Assembly (NCBI RefSeq): GCF_041956535.1 | Contig: NW_027192226.1 | Coordinates: forward strand, 60,259 to 124,258 | Direction: 5' to 3' | Length of the DNA stretch: 64,000 bases | Source of the DNA: Calcarisporiella thermophila CBS 279.70 | Taxonomy: Eukaryota > Fungi > Calcarisporiellomycota | Shown here: piece after piece, positions 28,273 through 41,200 of the stretch | Layout of the letters: each line of letters starts with the position of its first letter | How positions within the stretch are numbered: the first letter of the stretch is position 1 | Notes under the pieces: model-generated | Told to the model about the DNA's origin: nothing | Databases searched by the model: none | What the model saw: the letters and a program-made list of their open reading frames with translations, nothing else | Position numbers and translations under genes: made by a program

Positions 28273-28495
28273 ACCAGTTAATAAACATAAATATTTTTGG
28301 TAATCTTGAAGACTTGTTTTATTATATCTCGCATTTTCCTGTGTAAAAAACTCCACCATTAGTGAATTCTTTATTACATTGAATCAAGACGGAAATGAAA
28401 AAAACTAGACAGAAAAATCAAACATCGTAATTCTAATCCCGCGTCTAATGGGGCATATCACGCTCGTATTTTGGCTTTCACTATAAGCCTCTCTT

Positions 28496-28790
28496 TTAAC
28501 GAACGTTTTGTACTACGCGTGCGCTACTGGCCGGTGTTGGGTCGTCACTAGATCCCTGTATAATGGCACCTGCAAAGGCTCCTGTTAGGTTGGACCCACT
28601 TATATTTTCCTACATTCAAAGTAAAGTGGTGAGAAAATTTTAAGCTTCAGCTAAAAAAAGGGCCTTGACCTACCTCAGCAATGTACTGATTCCCTTTGGC
28701 CGCTACATTTCCAAAAGTGACGCCACGAGGAACTCTTGATGCTCCTACTAACGAGAAAGTAAGCAGAGATGCTATGAAAGTAAAGAGCAT
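28496..28790 (-). CDS. Small secreted protein (~76 aa, 2 exons), unknown function
   Basis: MLFTFIASLLTFSLVGA signal peptide. A GTAGGT...TAG intron after AE joins in frame to ENISGSNLTGAFAGAIIQGSSDDPTPASSARVVQNVR*. Confidence 0.6.
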
Positions 28791-29332
28791 CTTTGTGTAA
28801 AAGACTTTAAACTTAATAGAATAAAGCACCAGAAGAGGAAAAGTAGAAAGACTAAAAGTTCCCCGGGGATGAAGTGGAGCCTTTTTTTTAAAAGGCATAA
28901 GTGGTTTTAGTTTACTCATCACTTTGCCATCGCAAGATTACAAGTTGGCGGCAAATATATTTTATGATTGGAACATATCTCGATACGTCACCTTAATACA
29001 TTAGAAAATTGATGATCGCTTTCACCCTTATCCCCTGTAAATTTCATAGAATGTTGTAAGTGCCAATTGCAACGCTCAATGAATGTGGTTTAACACTGTT
29101 AAATGTATTTATTTATGCTGAAATAGCTGATGGAAATGGTGGATACTACCAAAATTCGGTATCATGCGTTATATTTTTCAAGATTAAACCTTGGTGTGAA
29201 GGCTTTAGCTAACCCAATAATCTATTTCAGGAAGTGATTTTTAACTATGACAAATCATCAATTGACAGTCACTTTTAGATGATATATGCGACCAAAATCC
29301 AAGCTTAATATATCTTTCATCGCCAAGTAATA

Positions 29333-30371
29333 ATGACCACTGCTGATCCTATACGCATAGCTCTCCTGGTAACGGGGCAACTTTCCCAGCCAATTGCACA
29401 TCGTACGGGGCAATACCCGGACGTATTTAAAAAATGGCTAGAAACAGCGGCAGAGCAAATTGGCTGTCATATTGAAATGAATGCGTATGATGTGAAGAAT
29501 GAAGGAGTCTATCCAAGTGATGAGGATCTAAGGTCTTATGATGCTATCATGATGACGGGATCAGGTTAGGAAGAGTTGATCTTTGATGTGATAACTGATT
29601 TAGCTTAATACAATATCCTTTAAAGCTGCGAGTGCCTACGATGATATTCCTTGGATAAAAACCTTGATTGCATTCGTTCAAGATTCAATGAAAAAACATT
29701 CGCACCTAAAGACAGTGGGCATTTGCTTCGGTCATCAAGTGTTGGCTCTCGCATTTGGTGGACAAGTGGAAAAAAATCCGTTGGGCTGGGAGGTTGTATA
29801 CAAGTAGAGTCTGAGGTATTTTATTAATTTTAAGGCTGATCTATTAATATAATAGATAGGTATTAGAGAAAATGAATTGGCGGAGCCTAAGCATAAATAT
29901 CTTCAATTTGAGAACAAGATAATGGTATATAATATAATATTCTGATGAAATTTAATGCGTAAATGCATAAACTAACCCTTATTGTTACAATTAGAAACTA
30001 CATCAAATGCATCAAGTATATAAATAAATCTCTCTTTAAAACTAAAATATATAGGATTAGATATATATTATCATTTTTAGGATCACGTTACTGTCGCCCC
30101 TCCAGGCTTCACTGTTCTCGCATCCAATAATATATCGCCTATACATGCAATGATATCATCCGATTCCCGTTGTATTAGCGTCCAAGGGCACCCTGAATTT
30201 CGCCGCGACATTAGCGAAGGTTTGATAAATGAGCGCATGCAGAAGGGTTTATTTTCTTCTGAATTTGCAGAAGAAGGTTTGAGAACTCTGGACAAGCAAG
30301 ATGATGGCATCTTATTGGGAGAAAATATTCTTAGATTCATAAGCGAAAGACATAGCTTGATTATGAACTGA
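29333..30371 (+). CDS. Class I glutamine amidotransferase-like protein (GMP-synthase-GATase-like, multi-exon)
   Basis: AIMMTGS, nucleophile elbow GICFGHQ, MHQDHV (a 21-nt micro-exon at 29995-30015 supplies KLHQMHQ), catalytic QGHPEF. Confidence 0.9.
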
Positions 30372-30615
30372 TATAATATATTTATATTTTACGCGAAAAT
30401 CTAACTTTGAGTTTTACATATTATTTATACCACATGGGATCTACTATCTTACTGCTAAGAAATATTTTTGTCGTACTTGAGGAAACTTCTGGATTTTTTA
30501 TATATTTACCGCCATTTATTCATTATACATTCATCAGTTAAAGCATACAAACAAAACATAGAATAGAAGCAATATTGAAATAATATATACAGTAATAATG
30601 GGCTAGCAACATAAT

Positions 30616-31228
30616 TTACGTTTTACCGTATTTTTTCTTCAGATTTTCCACTCGCTGATGTTCAAAGTTATCATCTTCAGATAGACTCCACGGAGGCTGC
30701 GTATCATACCTTTGTAGGCTTGTCCGCCTTACATTGCTTGACGGTGGAGGATTCCTATTCCACTGATAGAACGATATACTTCTCCGACTATATCCCGTTA
30801 AAAGCGGGTCTCTTTCACGATTTTCAGTTAATCCAGATTGCTCTTCATCTCTATGGCGCTTCCAAACTCTTAGATAATGGACACAGAAGCAAAGGAATGA
30901 CATAATGAGTAAGAATGAGGCGATGGCAGCAAGAGCCAGTAGAATCTGAAGATGCGTGACATTGCATTGGCGATAAGAGAATTCAAGATTTGAGCAAAGG
31001 GTGTGATTAGACGGTCCAAAGAGATCTCCGGGAACGCAAAGATTTATCTATTATTATATAAAGAAATGACTTGTAGATAATTATGCGGGTTTTACAAAAA
31101 TACACGTATATACTCTTGGACAAAATCCACACTGTTCATCCTGCACACATTGCTTGCAATCAGTATATTGCCCACAGAGCTCGCTTACTATCATTCCAAT
31201 AGAAGATGGTAATGAAATCGAAATAAAC
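30616..31228 (-). CDS. PSI-domain single-pass membrane protein, PTTG1IP/PBF-like (5' end uncertain)
   Basis: Spliced CGQYTDCKQCVQDEQCGFCPR|INLCVPGDLFGPSNHTLCSNLEFSYRQCNV, TM ILLALAAIASFLLIMSFLCFCV, C-terminal RVENLKKKYG resembling the PTTG1IP IRKKYG tail. Confidence 0.6.
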
Positions 31229-32955
31229 TAGAGTCAAAAAACAAAATGTAGTAATTACATTTATTGGAAGTATCCAGTACATTCATTACAAAGATTGATC
31301 AGATAGAACGAGATAAATGCTAAGAGAGCAATAGGCTACACGAAGATATTATCGCAATGCGGAGAATTAATATGACTGCGCCTCGATACGATATATAAGC
31401 GGCATTTTTTTGTTTACATCTCTAACAATCCTCTTCCTTTCTTTCCTAGTTATCTTTTCCTTTTTTCGCGTTTTTTTTAATTTGGTGAGTATCCATTTAT
31501 CAGTTTATAAATGCTGCTGTTTTACTTATATGATGAGACCTTTTACTCTTTCACCTTGGAGAACTGAATACTCCCTGTTGATAATTGTAAAAGCTAATAG
31601 GAATTCCTCGTTTCTGATTCTTTTTTTTTTGACCAATATTTTCTCAATATTCTTGAACTAATCGAGTATTTAATTTTATTAGTGCATTGTTCGCGTTATA
31701 ATTTTCTCGATGAATTAAGGTATATTTATATAATTTTAAATATATCTTTTGGCAGGAGGACGATAATTTCCATACACCAATTCCTGACTGATATGGAAGA
31801 GGGATACAATTAACATGCACTACCAACCGACTGCAATTATTTTTTAGCAGCTTAATTCATATTTTATTATTTCGCCTAATCTTATTATAAATAGTAGGTT
31901 TGTTGCCCATCACTTATCACATTCGTATGCATTTCTTCGGTAAGCATCTTTCATATTTTTACTCTATTTTTTGCGTGATGATATTATGTTGTATTATGCC
32001 AGTTCTGCTTCTGAATATAATTGAAGAGAGCGCAACATTTCGCATTTCATTCTGATATTTAAATTTTATTATATAACATTGATTATTGATGTGACATCGA
32101 CTAATCATATATAACTGGATATAGGATAAATACATACTATTTATTGCCATCCTAGAGACTCAACTTACTTAAGGTAATTGTTGCTATTTTAATAAACGAA
32201 ATGATGCTCTTGATCAAATCCGTGTTTCACCTGATTTGCTTCTTTAACGGAGCATTGATTACAAAATGACCTTGATCCCTGATCTTCAACATATTTTTTT
32301 GAATTTTACCTCGTTATACCAAGTTTTTACGACTTTCTAACTTGCCGCTCTGCTATATTTTAGATTTTGCGCGAGGGGAGGATTTCTGAATTATCAAGGT
32401 GAGTAGCAGAAAATGCTACAAACGAATTTGAAAATGATGAGAAATTCGTTTTATCCATTCTATGATTTTGGAGAGAAATGTTGCGCTGAGAAGACGAGTG
32501 AGTTGAGAGCGTTTTGCTTTCAACTTTTTCAAGCTTCTCTGTCGTGTTTTCCCTCTGAGGATCGAATTGTGGCTCTGATATTCCGAAATCTTCGGATTAA
32601 ATCAATTAAATTGGGAACCTATTTCTGACAAATGTATTCATATGTAGGTGAGTCCGTACTTTATACCATTTAATTTTTTCATTCGAGTACACAACAATAA
32701 TAAAATTGGTCTAGCACCTATATATATTCTAAATCTTAATTTTCCTTTAGAATTTTTATTATTTATGTAAGATAATATTAAGGAAAAACTTCTCAGGGTT
32801 TTTCAATCACAAAGACTGAAGAAACTGCATCAAACAGCTATGCATAGTTCAAAATTAAACAACTTTATAATTAGATTAAATAAAGTGACTATTTTAGGAC
32901 TGTCTATTCAATTACCATTTTATTATTTTTTGAAATCATAATCGGAAAAGATAGA

Positions 32956-33689
32956 ATGGATTCCGATTTTATTACATATGACATCTCTTGTCACAAATCC
33001 CCTACTAGACGTGCTGAATACCTTGAGAGGTACTTTACTTGCCGATTTCTAGTGCACCCAGAGAAGGGGCGAGAAAGTGATCTTATGATGATGCAGCTAC
33101 CGAACAAGTATTAAATGAACATTTCAATTCAAGATGTAATAATATTTATTGTCAACATTTTTATCAATACAGATTATGCGTAGTTTGTTTGGCTCCCACA
33201 CATCCCTTACTGAGTCATCCCTTCTCATCTTTCTCTGTCTCTTTCAAAATTGCTCCGTCTGTTCGTACTCCGGAAGAGCAACAAAAATCAAACGGAAAAC
33301 AAGGAAAAAAGAATATATTGCCCAACGTTAGACCTGATACAGTAGTGTGCGAAATTACCTCTCATGACGAAATTGAAAATGAGGAAAAGAAGTACGAGAT
33401 TAGAGCTGGTGTGAGTGGAAAAGTTTTAGAAGTTAATGAACGCGTGGTTAATGATAGTAATCTTATCTTAAGAAAGGTTGAGCTAATCACCTCCTATTAC
33501 ATGTATTCATACCAATGAAGATACTGATTTCTTTTTTTTTTATAGCCTGAAAGCGAGGGATTCCTCTTTGTTCTTAAGCTCACAAAAGATATCGACCTTG
33601 ATCGGTGTGTACGTGAGCCTTGGAAGACCCTGACCCGCAAACAATATGAAGCCTCTTATTCTTCAGCCAGTTCAGTTCCTCTTTCGTAA
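32956..33689 (+). CDS. ABITRAM/FAM206A (Simiate)-like protein, glycine-cleavage-H-like fold, 3 exons
   Basis: YLERYFT...QLPNK|LCVVCLAPTHP...GKKN...YEIRAGVSGKVLEVNERV...ILRK|PESEGFLFVL. Confidence 0.8.
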
Positions 33690-33756
33690 GTGCATCTAAA
33701 TCCACTTTATTTGTAAATATTAGGCCTAGAAATAAAAAACCGCTTCAATCGATTTT

Positions 33757-34427
33757 TTATATCTTTCCCACTTCCCCTTCATCAAAACACCAATCCCCAC
33801 TTTTTCCTCCCGTTTTTCTTGTCACGCGTATCCCATCGATCACCATCTTTTTTCCCACAGCCTTGCACATGTCAAACACCGTTACCAGCCCAATACTTAC
33901 GGCCGTAATCGCCTCCATTTCTACTCCAGTCTTGCCTTCACATTCAACCGTCGCTTCGCACTCCACCGTCTGCTCCGCTTCATCTAGCCAGAGTTTGACG
34001 TCCACCTTCGACAATTGTAGAGGATGGCAGAGAGGAACCAAATTAGATGTTTGTTTCGCAGCCTGAATGCCAGCTATCTGCGCAACTGTTAGGACATCTC
34101 CTTTTTTTATATGTTGATCACGGATAAGCCCAAAAGCTGTCGGCCCAACATGGATTCGTCCACGGGCAGTGGCACTGCGGTGAGTGGATATTTTCCCAGA
34201 AACATTCACCATAGTAGCCCGTCCTTGAGCGTCTGTGTGTGTGAGTTTTGGCTCTCCTGAAACTCCTTCAGGCTGACCAAATCTTGGTGCTTGTTTATCT
34301 CTAGTTGAGTAAAAGCGGGCTACACCTTGCGGGTTCGTTGATTGCCTCTCAATAAAAAGGGGGATGACGCCTGATCTCGACCACCTCGCTCGGGGTTTTG
34401 ATTGTATAGGTGTCCCCAATTGCGTTT
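33757..34427 (-). CDS. MOCS1: Cyclic pyranopterin monophosphate synthase (MoaC/MOCS1B/Cnx3) exon, predicted to be expressed by splicing from the upstream moaA
   Basis: LTHTDAQGRATMVNV, KKGDVLTVAQIAGIQAAK, LVPLCHPL, GKTGVEMEA, VFDMCKAV, KTGGKSG. No in-frame ATG before the LTH motif. Acceptor AG at 34429-34428. Confidence 0.92.
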
Positions 34428-34669
34428 CTACAAAATATTTGAAAACTGAAAAAAGATATTAAAATATATTTGCTAGTAAGCATAAAGATAAAAAAAAAGG
34501 GTCCGATATTGTCATTCACAAACAATTATAGAATTTAATATGATACAAAGGTAAACCTATTAAATAATGCATAAACAAGTTTTGGTAACAATTCATAGTC
34601 CCTTGTATATAACTTAGGATAAATAATCTCAAAAAATAAATAAAGGGATGCATTCTCCATCAATCAAGT

Positions 34670-36053
34670 TTAGCCTCCAATAAGTATCATAGGTCGGTTC
34701 TTCATGTTTGCTAGTGTAAACATACCTGCATGCTGTCGCTTTTTGTTCTTCACGGCTGTGCCAATAACAGACAACAGCTCTTCATCCGACATATTATGCT
34801 CCCGCATCATGTCGCGAAGGGATACTTCAGAGTTTCCAAAAAGACACACCTACAAAGTATTCCTCAGATATTGGGATGATTCAAAACAATCTTTGAATAC
34901 GCACCTTCAAATTTCCGTCTGCAGTGATTCGCAATCGATTACAGGTTCCACAAAAATGATCGGTCATGGAGGTAATAAACCCAAGTTGCCCGGAATACCC
35001 AGGAATTCGAAATGCCTTCGATGTATCATTCATCTCATCATTAAGCTTTTCCAGAGGTCCAAATGCTTCTTCGATTCGATTGAGAAGCTCCTTGAATGGG
35101 ACCATTTTTTCACTATTCCATTTATTCCCTACAATGATCAAGATGAAATATAAGATGTCTTAGCAATTCGGCAACTACGCTAAGCCTTTAAAATATTCGT
35201 CTACCATCGAATGGCATATACTCAATAAACCGCACATCTACCTTCCTGTTGCGTGTATACTCCACGAAATCTAATAGCTCATTGTCGTTGACTCCACGAA
35301 TCAAAACGCAATTTACTTTCACATGCTTTACTCCCAGCCGGATTGCCTCATCTACTGCACCTAAGACTCGGTCCAAGCCCTTCCGACGTGTGATGATTTG
35401 GAATTTGTGCGGATCGAGAGTATCAAGACTGATATTAAGGTGCGTGAGTCCGCCTGCAATGAGATCAGGAAGTTTCCGTGTAAGTGCGATGCCATTTGAA
35501 GTAATGGCAATATCCCGTAGCCCCACTGGCCGTAGCTCGCCAAGAGAGGAAACAATATCTATAATATCCTTGCGCACTGTCGGCTCTCCTCCGGTTAGTC
35601 GTATTTTCGTTACTCCTTCCGAGACAAATAATCTTGCAAGACGAAGAATCTCATCTATGGTTAGGAGCTTTTCCGAGGGTGTTAAATCTACACCTTCTGC
35701 TGGCATGCAATAAACGCCTACGTTGTGATCGTGAATCTCATGGTATGAACCAAATGAACAGATAAGGGACACTTACATCGTAAATTACATTTCTCCGTCA
35801 AAGAAATACGAAGGTAAGTATGCTTCCTCTGGAAATTGTCAATCAAGAATGGAGAGAAGGGGCGCTCTCTATCTATTGCCTCTATTCTTTCCTAATATGA
35901 ATTCATTAATGAAATTGAATTCTTCAAAATCAAGATCATTCTACTAACTTTTGCGCTTTGCCGTGCTAGATTTGCAGCTGCAGCAGATCGAGTGGGAGCT
36001 GCCGTGTAGAATGTTCTCCCAATCATTGACAAACATCGTGAGAATTTATCCAT
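34670..36053 (-). CDS. MOCS1: GTP 3',8-cyclase (MoaA/MOCS1A/Cnx2), radical SAM, with mitochondrial presequence (multi-exon)
   Basis: [23 protein letters not shown] presequence, [19 protein letters not shown] (CX3CX2C), [32 protein letters not shown]-terminal NRPMILIGG* (stop 34672-34670). Confidence 0.95.
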
Positions 36054-36525
36054 TTTGATGTGCGTCTGATAAAAGTGCTTTGATAGAGAGTTGAGTCAAA
36101 ACTAGCAATAAGATTCACTATTTTGGAATAAGAAGAATTTCAGAAGAATGAAGTCCCGAAGTATTACATATTTAATAAAGCGACGCTCTATAAAAAACCA
36201 AGAAAAAAAAAATAAAAGAAGACGATAAAAAAATGCATTAAAGTTAAGAAAGAAGGCATATATAATCAAAATAGAAGAAAGTGCATTTTGTAAAAAGAGA
36301 AAAAATGTATCCCCCTTTCATGGCCATAAAACAAAAAAAATGAAAAAGAAAAATTCCATATTTTTTTCCGTTTAAAGATCGCATCCAAATCATATAGCAG
36401 AGAAATGAAGAAATAGAAAGAGCTAGGATGAGTGGGGAATACATAGTATATATATTTAAAATAAATTACACGTTCTGAACCCATATCTATACCACTGGAT
36501 CGCTTTGGCACCAGTGCACATGCCC

Positions 36526-37927
36526 TTATTCAGTGAACGACTTATTGGTCATTGGTAAAACCTCAGACTCCTTAGAGCGGACGCGCACTTCCTCTCTTTC
36601 AACGTTTACTTTTGCGCTCTGATACATCCAAAGGCCAACGAAGGTCAATAGAATTCCGCAAGCTTGAGTAAAACTGACAACCTGGCCAAACCATATTATT
36701 GACGCAACGATCACGAAAATTCGCTTCACGAGACTCGCGATTGAATAAGTTACTGGTGATGTTAGAGAAAGCAAGTTGAAAGCTACGACATTCTGCGCAA
36801 AGTGCGAGATACCATTGAGAATAAAGCCAAAAAGGATGCTCAATCCTCCACTACTTGTGGGACTGTTATGTGTGATTGAAACGTGGGTAGTGTGCCGTAG
36901 CCAGAGAGCAATTAGATGCTTTCCTTCGGAATAGAACCATAGCGGCATCATCAACACAAATGCCATGAAGGACGAGTAGAAGAGAAGATTTAGCTTGTCA
37001 AGTCGTTTTTTTTCTTTGCTCTGCTCCTTGAAAAGTAGTTTTTTGGAAAATATGTTTTGCGTCACAAACACCAAACATGACCCAAGAGCGCACAAGAATC
37101 CCATAGCATTGCCCTTTGCTTGTAAACTAAGCACCATCATTACACCAAATGTGAGCGGAAGAAGAGAGATATAAACTTGACGACGATAGTTCACACGGAA
37201 GAGAAAACGATAGAGGAGTACAGTAAAAAGAGGTGATAGAGCCTATCGTTATTAAATGATGTAGAATTAGTTTTTTGTGCATAACATTCCCTCTCCCCCC
37301 CCCCAGTGACAGGTGGTTATAGCGGGCTTTGAGTGTAATTAACATATACTACACCCAAAATTTCTATAAGATTTTGAAAATTACCTTGATACAATGAACA
37401 AAACTAACATGCACTTGAGAAATTGCAACACTTGAGAAAACGTGGCCGACTATCTGGAATGCACTTAGCGGCAACACAGTCAACACTATATCCCTTGTCG
37501 CCACTCGTATTCTTGAGCCCGATACCCATGAAAAAAGGTAGCAGTATAGGGCCACAAAACCGAATTGAGCATAGGTGAGCGTGACGGGGTATTTGAACTG
37601 GTTCAGTATCTGCTTGCCTATGTTATTTGTGATGGCGGAAGACCCATACCACAATAAGCACAAGAGTATAAAGCGGAGGGTGTCCGTGCCTGCGGCAGGT
37701 AATGCTGGGATTTTCAACCCTTGTGCAGAGATGGCAGATGTAAACTTGGGTTTCAGGGATGCGGTGAGGGAAGGCGGATGAGCAGAGGCAGCCAGCTCTG
37801 CTGCCTTGGTGCCCGGTGTAGGCGGACGATCATAGCTGTCCTTTTTGGAAAGGGGGGAGAGTAGTGTCGTGGCCCGCAAGACACCATTGAAGAAATCGGG
37901 GGGTTTACTTTGAATATAGGAAGTCAT
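36526..37927 (-). CDS. Triose-phosphate/nucleotide-sugar transporter family protein (SLC35E/Sly41-like), 2 exons
   Basis: LCLLWYGSSAITNNIGKQIL, FKYPVTLTYAQF, VSFVHCIK|ALSPLFTV, QNIFSKK, SPVTYSIASLVKRIFVI. Multiple TM segments. Confidence 0.9.
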
Positions 37928-38270
37928 CTAATTTATATTATACTGATTTGCAAGTAAGTAATCAAGAGATGGTTGTAATGTTTGTGATGAGAACCAAAAG
38001 ATAAAGAAATGATAGGCAAAGCCCTTTTAGAACCCAACAATGCACAGAAACATCTGATATTAAACTCTCATTGGTTGGTCTATTTCGGGACATTTCATCC
38101 AAACCACCCTCAACAAGTTTCACTAAAAATTAAGGTTAATTATGTAAAAAATTACAAAACAAGTGTATGGCAAAGCTGTGCAAATCAAGAAAAAAAAAGA
38201 AAAAGAAAAAGAGAAAAGGAACACATAACACCAGACTTAGTAACTGATATATTACCAACACAAATAGTGT

Positions 38271-41200
38271 TTATCCCTTAAGCTCGGCCAAAACTATAGA
38301 CAAATACTTGCTTAGCACGGGCTGCTCAACAGTCATCATTGCAAGCTCCGCTTCATAAGGAACAAAGTATATGTGGTTCTCACGGATCCTTGCAAAATTC
38401 CGCAACACTAGTGCACTAGTCAACGGAACCCCCATCGGATCCCCAGGGTCAAAATTGGATGCCTGAGCAGGTAGAGCTGATACAGGAGCAGTTGTTTCGG
38501 GGCGAGGTGCAGTCCCCGTTATTACTGTTTGCATTGTGGAGGCTGTATTCGCACCATTAGCATCAGTGGAAAGAGGTGAAGATCCTTCAGTAGTTATTGT
38601 CGGTAAGTGTACTTTGATGTGTGCTGCTACCTGACTTCGAGGGGCACCCTGGCTATACTGCTGGCAAGATTTCCATTGACAACGATGCAGCTTGATATTA
38701 CGCGGAAGATGAACCTCGAGAATGTGAGCGAATAATTTACCCACGTCATCCCCGCCACTCTTACACTCAGGCCAATGACAAGGGAATTTAGGAGGAGTAA
38801 CATCGATGTTCATTTCATCTTCTGTGGCCCCATTCTGCTGCTCATTTTGATTTGTTCCATCTTCTCTCTCACCATCCCGTTCTCCCTCCACTTCTTTGTC
38901 TGACTCGTTATCCCCGTCGTTTTCCTCACTTTCCCTCTCTTCAGTGGGTGGTGCATTAGCAGAAGAGGGTGTATCTGCAGGAGTATCAGGGCGAGAGCCG
39001 GAGGGAGCAGTATTGGTAGATGTTGGCTGGGGTATTGAGTCGGTAGATGGGACTTGCTGCAATGTAGAAACTTCGGCTTCAGATTCGGGCGTGGAAGTAT
39101 GGGACGGTGTTGCAGGGTGTTGGGGTGCAGCATGCGGTGCAGCAGTCAGAGATAAAGGAGCCGTTGTCTGAGTGGTTGCTAAAATAGTTGGCGCGGCAGT
39201 TGTAGGTGCCGAGGGCAAAGTCGTCGGCAGAGTTGTGCTTGAAGCTTGTATAGTTGATGAGGACGTGGATACGGGTAAGGTGGAATTTTGTTTTGGAACA
39301 GCGGGAGATGCTGTATTAATCGGCCCGAGCATAGGCGCTATATAAAAACGCGATTATTCATATTTAAAATCTACTCAGATGTACAAATATATTCTGATCT
39401 ACCATTACCTTGAGTTTTTACTTGCTGAGGTGGGCCTGTGACTGTCGGTAACGGTACTTTGCTTCTTATTCCCCGTACGCTGGGAACATTACTTCCCTTG
39501 AATGGGAAATTTCCTGATTCTGATTTCGGGAAACAGATTTTGATCACTTGAAGAAGATCAGATAGTGCCAGGACTCGGCCATCTCCAACTGAGCTGAATG
39601 TGCTTCGATATAGTTCGAACAAAGCATTCTGTGGTGCTATATCGTTCATCGTCCCCTCAATAAATGTTGTTTTGATCCTGAAAGTAACACAGAACAATTA
39701 GTAAATAAAGGATTGGCAGAAATGAATTAAGAATTATTACCAAAAAAGTGCACGAAATGGCTCCTTAACATTCATGCACTCTGGTGGTATGCTTGGAGGT
39801 GGTTGCCCATTAATTTGCCGGCCCATGGACTGTTGAGTATGCTGATGCCCGAGGGCCAGCGAAGCATTTGACGGAGGACTAATGGGTGAAGGCCATCGCA
39901 AAAATGTGATAAGCAATCGCACAAAATTAGCAGGTGCCATAGTGAGAAATCGCCTGGTGAAGCTGACATGGGTTGCCGAATACTGGTACAGGTGGTCCAG
40001 TGCAGCCGCTACAATTTCCTCGTCCTCAAGCAAAAGAAGCTCCGCAAGTCGAGATACTAGTCGACGATCAATGCCTGAGAGAGCTGCATGATTGTGCTCA
40101 TTTGTTGCAAGTCGTGTAAGAGACCGTAAGCTTCCGAGAATCATAGATCGATCCTCTGCAAATAACATTCGCCACAACAATTGCAGTACCTCATCTTTGC
40201 GCGTGCGAAGTGTGATGTGTGCACTCATATTCTCGAAGATATCAATACAGTAATTTTGTAACTCAACTTGCTGCTCATATGCAGGTGCCACCAGGCATTC
40301 CATCAGCAACTGTCGTAATAAAACATGTTCTGCCATACGAGCACTATTATGATCGAGAAAAGAAAAGTTGCGGATTATGAGAAACGCCTGAAGTACGCGA
40401 TGAATCAACTCCTGGTCGGATTTGGATGTGAAAAAGCGGGAAAGGAAGGAGTCCTCTGGGGCACTTCGTTTCTTTCCGCCTTCATGTGAGGCATTCGAGT
40501 GGGCAATGATTTTCGAATATGAACGGCATCTTTCGAAAAACGGGGTTGTGAATGAAAGTAAGATATCCAGCAGATTAGGAATCAAGTCGATACGGAAATC
40601 ATCAGGGCATTCGTACGAGAGTGTGATAAGACGAGAAAATGCCCAGTCAATTTCATTGGGTAGCTCGGATTTTAATGCAAGGAGAATACGGTTTTTTGGA
40701 CCACCATTTAAATAATAACCTATTTTGAAAGTAATGCAAAGAAGTTTAATAGAAATAATAGATTTGGTACAATTAAACTATTTCTTACCCTCAGTATCTA
40801 TTCCCATTTTCGCGCCCTGCTGAACTTGCTGTAAATATTGTGCCTGCGATGTTTGATACGACATTGGAGTTACAGGCGTAGGCTGCCATCTATATTGTTG
40901 CGAAGATTGTACTGGATGAGCTCGAGAAATTGCCATAGATGAGGAACGAGTCGTAGCGTGAATGCTTTGTAATTTCGAAGCTAATCATTATCCGATTAGT
41001 AAAGTCTTAAAATATCACCATACAGTTTACTAAAATTTTACCTGGTACATCCTTTCGTAAATTTGTTGCAGGGGAGCCGCTGCGTGTTGGAGGGGGGCTA
41101 AGAGGAGGTTTCCATGGACGTTTCCAGTGATGTACCTCCTCGAAACCGGATAGGTACTTCATATACACAGTCTTGAGCACAAATGCACTATTAGTGCAAG

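Noticed and set aside
31400-32620. Minus-strand open stretches (Lys-rich and Ser-rich) suggesting a decayed gene
   Set aside because: No recognisable domain and no consistent exon chain.
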